The notes under the pieces are model-generated. The model searched no databases. It was given only the letters and a program-made list of their open reading frames with translations, and was not told the DNA's origin. Positions 59,372 to 64,000 of a stretch of 64,000 nt of DNA are shown here, piece by piece. The position numbers were made by a program, and so were the translations under genes. Source of the DNA: Phycisphaerae bacterium. GTDB lineage: Bacteria; Planctomycetota; Phycisphaerae; UBA1845; Fen-1342. Location: assembly GCA_050115495.1 (NCBI GenBank), contig JASFQK010000012.1:86057-150056 (forward strand), given 5' to 3'. The number at the start of each line of letters is the position of its first letter. The stretch's first letter is position 1.

Positions 59372-59401
59372 TTGCCCTGCGGTCGTTGTCGGCGGTACAA
59401 T
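59372..59401 (+). promoter_or_regulatory. Sigma70-type promoter of beta-helix gene 1
   Basis: TTGCCC-N18-TACAAT; the GTACAATCTGCT block recurs at 63606. Confidence 0.5.
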
Positions 59402-59449
59402 CTGCTCAACGAGCTGGCGATCCCGAGCGTTTTCCGGGTCGCCGGCGCG

Positions 59450-59541
59450 GGTCAGGGTGTGGGGCGATGGGGACTAACGTTCTCAGCTACCGCGGGTGGA
59501 CAGTGTGCAGCCGGCCAACGGCGTGCGTCCGTAGCGTCCGC
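59450..59541 (+). ncRNA. Candidate structured 5' leader RNA (copy 1)
   Basis: 85 of 92 nt identical to 63689-63780; hairpins TGGGGAC-TAAC-GTTCTCA and CTACC-GCG-GGTGG. Confidence 0.4.
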
Positions 59542-59644
59542 GGGCACGCCCCCGCCCGATGCGCCCTCCACCCCTTTGCCCCTGTGCTCCTACGCCCCTC
59601 TGTCCCTCTGCCTCGGTACCTTCTTCAGAGATAAGGGAAGTGCG

Positions 59645-60973
59645 ATGTCGAAAGTGCTGAACACGCGGTTTCTGGCGGCAGTTGTCCTCTGTTCGCTCAT
59701 TCTGCCGGCGGCGTGGGCCGAGGAACTCCACGTGCCGGCCACGTACTTCACGATCCAATCGGCCATCGACGCCGCCCAACCCGGCGACGAAGTCATCATC
59801 GCCCCGGGGACGTACACCGGTCTCGGCAATAGGGAAATCGACTTCCTCGGCAAGGCCATCACGGTCCGCAGCACCGACCCGGACGACCCTGCCGTCGTCG
59901 CGGGCACGGTCATCGACTGCGAGCATAGCGGCATCGGCTTCTGGTTCGCCCACGGCGAAGGGCCGGAGAGCGTGCTGGCCGGCCTGACGATCACGAGCGG
60001 CCGCGGAGACGCCGGAGGGGCGGTATCCTGCTACGAGTGCAGCCCAACGTTCATCAACTGCGTGTTCTCGCAGAACTCGGCGGGACAGGGCGGAGCGCTG
60101 TTCTGCGACTACGCCAGCCCGACGTTGATCGGCTGCGCGATTACCGGGAACTCATGCTATTCCTTTCGCGAGGCCGACGGCGGCGGGATCATGTGCAACT
60201 ACTACTGTGACCTCGTTCTGGTGGCCTGCCAGGTCAGTAACAACAGGGTGGATGCGCAGTGGGCTCATGGCGGCGGGCTGTACGTCTTTGCTGGCGGCAG
60301 CCTGACGCTCACGAACTGCACGATTGCCGGCAATGTGGCTAACGGGAGTGGGGGGGCTGTCGGCAGCGCGATCGATGCCACGACGGAGACCCCTTTGCTG
60401 CTCACGAGCTGTACGATCGCCCGCAATTCGCGGGTGGGCCCCGTGGGGGGCGGAACCGTGATGGGCGCCGGACAAATGGTGGGCTGCATCTTCTGGGGCA
60501 ACACCCACCACGACGCACGACGTGACCTCCTCGTTACCTTCTCCGACTGGCAGGGCGGCCATTCGGGCCAGGGCAACATCGACGCGGATCCGCTGTTCGT
60601 CGATCCGGAAAACGGCGACTACCACCTCTCCGCCGGTTCCCCCTGCATCGACGCCGGCGATCCGTCTTGCGTGCCCCAACCGGGCGAAACCGACCTCGAC
60701 GGCCAGTACCGCCTCTGGGACGGCGACGGCAACGGTGTCGCGATCGTCGACATGGGCGCCGACGAGTTCGGCTCCTATGTCTTCGGCGACCTGAACTGCG
60801 ACGGTGCCGTCGACAACTTCGACCTCAGCGCAGTCGTCCTGGCCCTGACGAATCCGCAGGCCTACGCGGCCACGTACCCGCACTGCAGCGCCATCCTGGC
60901 AGACATCAACCACGACGGCGCCATAGACAACTTCGACATCGGCCCCTTCATCGCTCTCATAACGGGACGCTGA
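59645..60973 (+). CDS. Secreted right-handed parallel beta-helix protein with choice-of-anchor-Q-like segment and dockerin-like tail
   Basis: Signal peptide, TIQSAIDAA..GD.V...PGTY, GGG..C..S.P....C.I..N repeats, DPLFVD...DYHL...SPCIDAG...DMGADE and the double EF-hand tail. Confidence 0.85.
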   Translation: MSKVLNTRFLAAVVLCSLILPAAWAEELHVPATYFTIQSAIDAAQPGDEVIIAPGTYTGLGNREIDFLGKAITVRSTDPDDPAVVAGTVIDCEHSGIGFWFAHGEGPESVLAGLTITSGRGDAGGAVSCYECSPTFINCVFSQNSAGQGGALFCDYASPTLIGCAITGNSCYSFREADGGGIMCNYYCDLVLVACQVSNNRVDAQWAHGGGLYVFAGGSLTLTNCTIAGNVANGSGGAVGSAIDATTETPLLLTSCTIARNSRVGPVGGGTVMGAGQMVGCIFWGNTHHDARRDLLVTFSDWQGGHSGQGNIDADPLFVDPENGDYHLSAGSPCIDAGDPSCVPQPGETDLDGQYRLWDGDGNGVAIVDMGADEFGSYVFGDLNCDGAVDNFDLSAVVLALTNPQAYAATYPHCSAILADINHDGAIDNFDIGPFIALITGR

Positions 60974-61379
60974 TGGTGCCGGACGGTCTCCGTGGATTGC
61001 AGCCGGTGTGTCGCCCCGCAGCGTCCGGGCTCCGCACCGGACGTGTAGCGCCGGCCCCCCGTGGCCAACGTCGACCGGCAACAACCACCCAGCGGCGCGG
61101 GCACCAACCCACGGGTCCGCGCGCCGAACAATCTTCGGTACGCGCACGACATCCCGCGCCGTCACGATTTCTTCACACGCGATCATCGTTGCGGGCCGAC
61201 GAAGACTTCCACTAGAATACGCCGCACGCACGAGGCGGCGCAGAGCGTCTCCTCGATCACAACGGAGTGTCACGGCGAGGGACGATGGGGACTCACGCCA
61301 TCAGAAATCGCCCGCCACCACTGTTCTCTGTTCCTTTATTCCTCTGTTCCGCTGATCCTTCTTCACAAAGGGGACCATC

Positions 61380-63491
61380 ATGTCGAGATTGCTGAACAAC
61401 GGGATTCTGGCGACGGTTGTTGTCTGCGGTCTGATTCTGCCGCCGACGTGGGCCGAGGAACTCCACGTGCCTGGGGCGTACGAGACCATCCAATCGGCCA
61501 TCGACGCCGCGCAGCCCGGCGACGAGGTCGTCATCGCCCCGGGAACGTACATGGGCTTCGACAACAAGAACCTCGACTTTGCCGGCAAGGCCATCACGGT
61601 CCGCAGCACCGATCCGAACGACCCGGCCGTCGTGGCCGCGACCATCATCGACTGTGAGTACTTGGGCCGGGGCTTTCATTTTCACAGCGGCGAAGGCCCC
61701 GACAGCGTCCTCGCGGGATTGACCATCGTGAACGGTCACGGGGTGCGTGACGGCGCCGGCGTCTACTGCGATGAGAGCAGCAGTCCTACGCTGACGCGCT
61801 GCGTATTCACCCAGAACTGGGCGTCATATGGCGGTGGCATCTCGTGCAGTTCGTGCAGCGCCCCGCTCATAACCAACTGCTTAATCATGGAGAACGTGGG
61901 GTCCTGGAACGGCGGCGGCATCTCGTGCAGTTCGGACAGCGCCCCGGCAATAGCCAACTGCCTGATCACGGAAAACACGGGGATCTTTGAAGGCGGCGGC
62001 ATCTGGTGCACGGACAGCAGTCCGACATTGACAGAGTGCACGATCACGAACAACAGGGCGGACCTCGGCGGCGGTCTCGGCTGCACCGAGCAAGGTTGTC
62101 CGACGGTGAACAACTGCACCATCACGAACAACGACGCGGGTTTCGGCGGCGGCATCGGCTGCACCAATCAGAGCTGCCCGACGGTGAACAACTGCACCAT
62201 TGCGGCGAACACCGGGGGCGGCGGCGTTTATGGCGAAGCCCGGAGCGAACTGACCCTGAGCCACACGTCGATTACCGGAAACACGTCGGCCGACGGCGGG
62301 GGTGTCTGCTCCGCCGGCTTTTGCACCTTCGTCCTCGATCACTGCGACATCACGCACAACACAGCCCTCGGCGAGGGCGGCGGGATCGGCTACGTCGACG
62401 GCTGGCTGGAGTGCACCGACTGCGTCATCACCGACAACACGACCGGGGGGCGCGGCGGCGCCATCTTCTATGGGTTCACCGACACGGTGATCCTGAACCG
62501 CTGTACGATCGCGCGGAACACCGCCAGCGAAGGCGGCGGCGTCTACGGCTTCGAGGGGAATCTCACGTTGAACCAGTGCGCCATCACGGACAACACGGCT
62601 CTCGACGGACCCTGTGGCGGTATCGGCACGGACTCCGGCTCGACCGGCGTCCTGACCGACTGCACGATCTCCCAGAACACGGCTGCCGGCGACGGTGGCG
62701 GTGTGTATTGGAGCGCGGGTGGGAGCGCGACGCTCTTGCGTTGCACGATCAACGGGAACACCGCATATCGGGGAGCCGGCGCCTACGGCCGCGGCAGCGC
62801 GGCGACGCTGGCCGACTGCACGGTCACCTCGAACACCGCGGAAGCCGAGGGAGGCGCGCTGGAGTGCAACGCCAGCCCCTTCTGGCCCGCCCACTTCGCG
62901 TTGATGAGATGCACACTCTTCGGTAACTCGGCCGCGCAGGGAGCTGTGCTGGCCTGCGACGGGCAACATCCCAGTGACGTCAGTTTCAGCAACAGCATCC
63001 TCCGGAGCGAGGGCACGGCAATCTGGAACAACGACGGTTCCACGATCAACATCACCTACAGCGACATCAACGGCGGCTGGCCCGGCGATGGCAACATCGA
63101 CGAAGATCCTCTCTTCGTAGATCCCGCCAGCGGCGACTTCCACCTCTCGCCCGATTCTCCCTGCATCGACGCCGGCGACCCCGCGTTTGTGCCCGCGCCT
63201 GGTGAGAGCGACCTGGACGGCCAGTACCGCCTCTGGGACGGCGACGGCAACGGTGTCGCGATCGTCGACATGGGCGCCGACGAGTTCGGCTCCTACGTCT
63301 TCGGCGACCTCAACTGCGACGGGGCAATCAACAACCTCGACGTCAGCGCCTTGCTCCTGGCGGTCACGAACCCCGAGACCTACGCCGAGCAATACCCGAA
63401 CTGCAACGTCCTCCTCGGCGACCTTACCAGCGACGGCCTCGTCAACAACTTCGACATCGGCCCCTTCATCGCCCTGCTGACGAGAAGCTGA
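61380..63491 (+). CDS. Paralogous secreted beta-helix protein (longer repeat region) with dockerin-like tail
   Basis: Same N- and C-terminal blocks as 59645..60973, with many more GGG..C/CTI..N coils. Confidence 0.88.
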   Translation: MSRLLNNGILATVVVCGLILPPTWAEELHVPGAYETIQSAIDAAQPGDEVVIAPGTYMGFDNKNLDFAGKAITVRSTDPNDPAVVAATIIDCEYLGRGFHFHSGEGPDSVLAGLTIVNGHGVRDGAGVYCDESSSPTLTRCVFTQNWASYGGGISCSSCSAPLITNCLIMENVGSWNGGGISCSSDSAPAIANCLITENTGIFEGGGIWCTDSSPTLTECTITNNRADLGGGLGCTEQGCPTVNNCTITNNDAGFGGGIGCTNQSCPTVNNCTIAANTGGGGVYGEARSELTLSHTSITGNTSADGGGVCSAGFCTFVLDHCDITHNTALGEGGGIGYVDGWLECTDCVITDNTTGGRGGAIFYGFTDTVILNRCTIARNTASEGGGVYGFEGNLTLNQCAITDNTALDGPCGGIGTDSGSTGVLTDCTISQNTAAGDGGGVYWSAGGSATLLRCTINGNTAYRGAGAYGRGSAATLADCTVTSNTAEAEGGALECNASPFWPAHFALMRCTLFGNSAAQGAVLACDGQHPSDVSFSNSILRSEGTAIWNNDGSTINITYSDINGGWPGDGNIDEDPLFVDPASGDFHLSPDSPCIDAGDPAFVPAPGESDLDGQYRLWDGDGNGVAIVDMGADEFGSYVFGDLNCDGAINNLDVSALLLAVTNPETYAEQYPNCNVLLGDLTSDGLVNNFDIGPFIALLTRS

Positions 63492-63583
63492 CGGAACCAG
63501 ACTACGTCCGTGGACTGCAACCGGCGGAACTCCACCGGCAATCTGGCGTGCCGAAGCCCTGGGCACCGGCTGGTCGGTCCACC

Positions 63584-63612
63584 TTGCTTTCCCGTTGACG
63601 TCCCCGTACAAT
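63584..63612 (+). promoter_or_regulatory. Sigma70-type promoter of third beta-helix paralog
   Basis: TTGCTT-N17-TACAAT followed by CTGCT, as at 59396. Confidence 0.5.
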
Positions 63613-63688
63613 CTGCTGTGCGAATGGGGCGGCACTGAGTGCCATCCTGGTTACCGACTCGGCGGCGACCATTTCGGTCAGCGTAGCC

Positions 63689-63780
63689 GGTTAGGGTGTG
63701 GGGCGATGGGGACTAACGTTCTCAGCTATCGCGGGTGGGTAGTGTGCGACCGGCCAACGGCGCGCGTCCGTAGCGTCCGC
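63689..63780 (+). ncRNA. Candidate structured 5' leader RNA (copy 2)
   Basis: Near-identical to 59450-59541; the one change inside a hairpin converts C-G to U-G. Confidence 0.4.
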
Positions 63781-63863
63781 CGACACACACACCTTTGCCC
63801 CTGTGCTCCTATGCCCCTCAGTCCCTGTGCCTCGTTAACTTCTTCAGAAGAAAGGGGAGTGTC

Positions 63864-63876
63864 ATGTCGAAAGTGC
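63864..63876 (+). pseudogene. Start of a third beta-helix paralog, apparently interrupted after 13 nt
   Basis: ATGTCGAAAGTGC is identical to the start at 59645 with homologous RBS and leader, then homology ends abruptly at 63877. Confidence 0.55.
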
Positions 63877-64000
63877 GAGCTATAACCGAATTTCGTTGAT
63901 GGCGGGATGAAAAAAGGCGGCGTACTCTCGGGATCAAGATTGGTTCCGAGCCGCCCACGCTGGGCAGAGGAGTACGCCGATGCACGAGAGTAACGACGCG
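63877..64000 (+). mobile_element. Probable left end of an insertion sequence (transposase start at ATG 63980, runs off window)
   Basis: Abrupt junction GAGCTATAACCGAATTT...; the inverted repeat CGGCGTACTC...GAGTACGCCG sequesters a GAGGAG RBS directly before ATG (MHESNDA...). The transposase itself is not visible. Confidence 0.5.

Noticed and set aside
59450..59541. Assignment of the leader as a c-di-GMP-II or c-di-AMP (ydaO) riboswitch
   Set aside because: There is only a loose 3' resemblance to c-di-GMP-II and the required pseudoknot partner and 5' consensus are not seen. Kept as an unassigned candidate.
59183..59644. N-terminal extension of beta-helix gene 1 in the ORF track
   Set aside because: It spans REP, promoter and leader elements; paralog alignment and the signal peptide place the start at 59645.
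60698..63295. Possible diversity-generating retroelement TR/VR pair
   Set aside because: The shared tract is identical rather than differing at adenines, both copies lie inside coding paralogs, and no reverse transcriptase is present in the window.

Overview
High-GC bacterial chromosome segment. The gene content suggests Planctomycetota, probably Phycisphaerae (inferred from the duplicated groEL cluster, short PEP-CTERM proteins, C-terminal dockerin-like tails, CxxCGY..CPECG membrane proteins and REP-like repeats). Housekeeping genes include a partial MFS/spermidine-synthase fusion, a degenerate RluA, a CdaA diadenylate cyclase fused to YbbR-like domains, yggS, rlmN, ilvE, a sigma-70 factor, the groEL-orf-groES-groEL-dnaJ-grpE-FmdB operon, an MsbA-like ABC transporter, a sialate O-acetylesterase, a DUF2961/GH172 lipoprotein and a TldD/TldE pair with signal peptides. 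Mixed among them is a large set of surface proteins: five PEP-CTERM proteins and five proteins ending in the same Cys-containing double EF-hand dockerin-like tail. Most notable: (1) a secreted protein whose caspase/legumain-like domain looks circularly permuted; (2) two paralogous ~415-aa HTH-like proteins, each apparently on a leaderless or near-leaderless transcript and placed between surface-protein genes; (3) a NACHT-HEAT protein with a possible degenerate ECF-sigma-like C-terminus, followed by a cluster of TGACC boxes; (4) a tandem beta-helix gene array with a conserved, foldable 92-nt leader, an 80-nt identical tract between paralogs, and a third copy apparently interrupted by an IS at the window end. 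No rRNA, tRNA, CRISPR or reverse transcriptase was seen. All calls are by-eye motif recognition, with no database searches.
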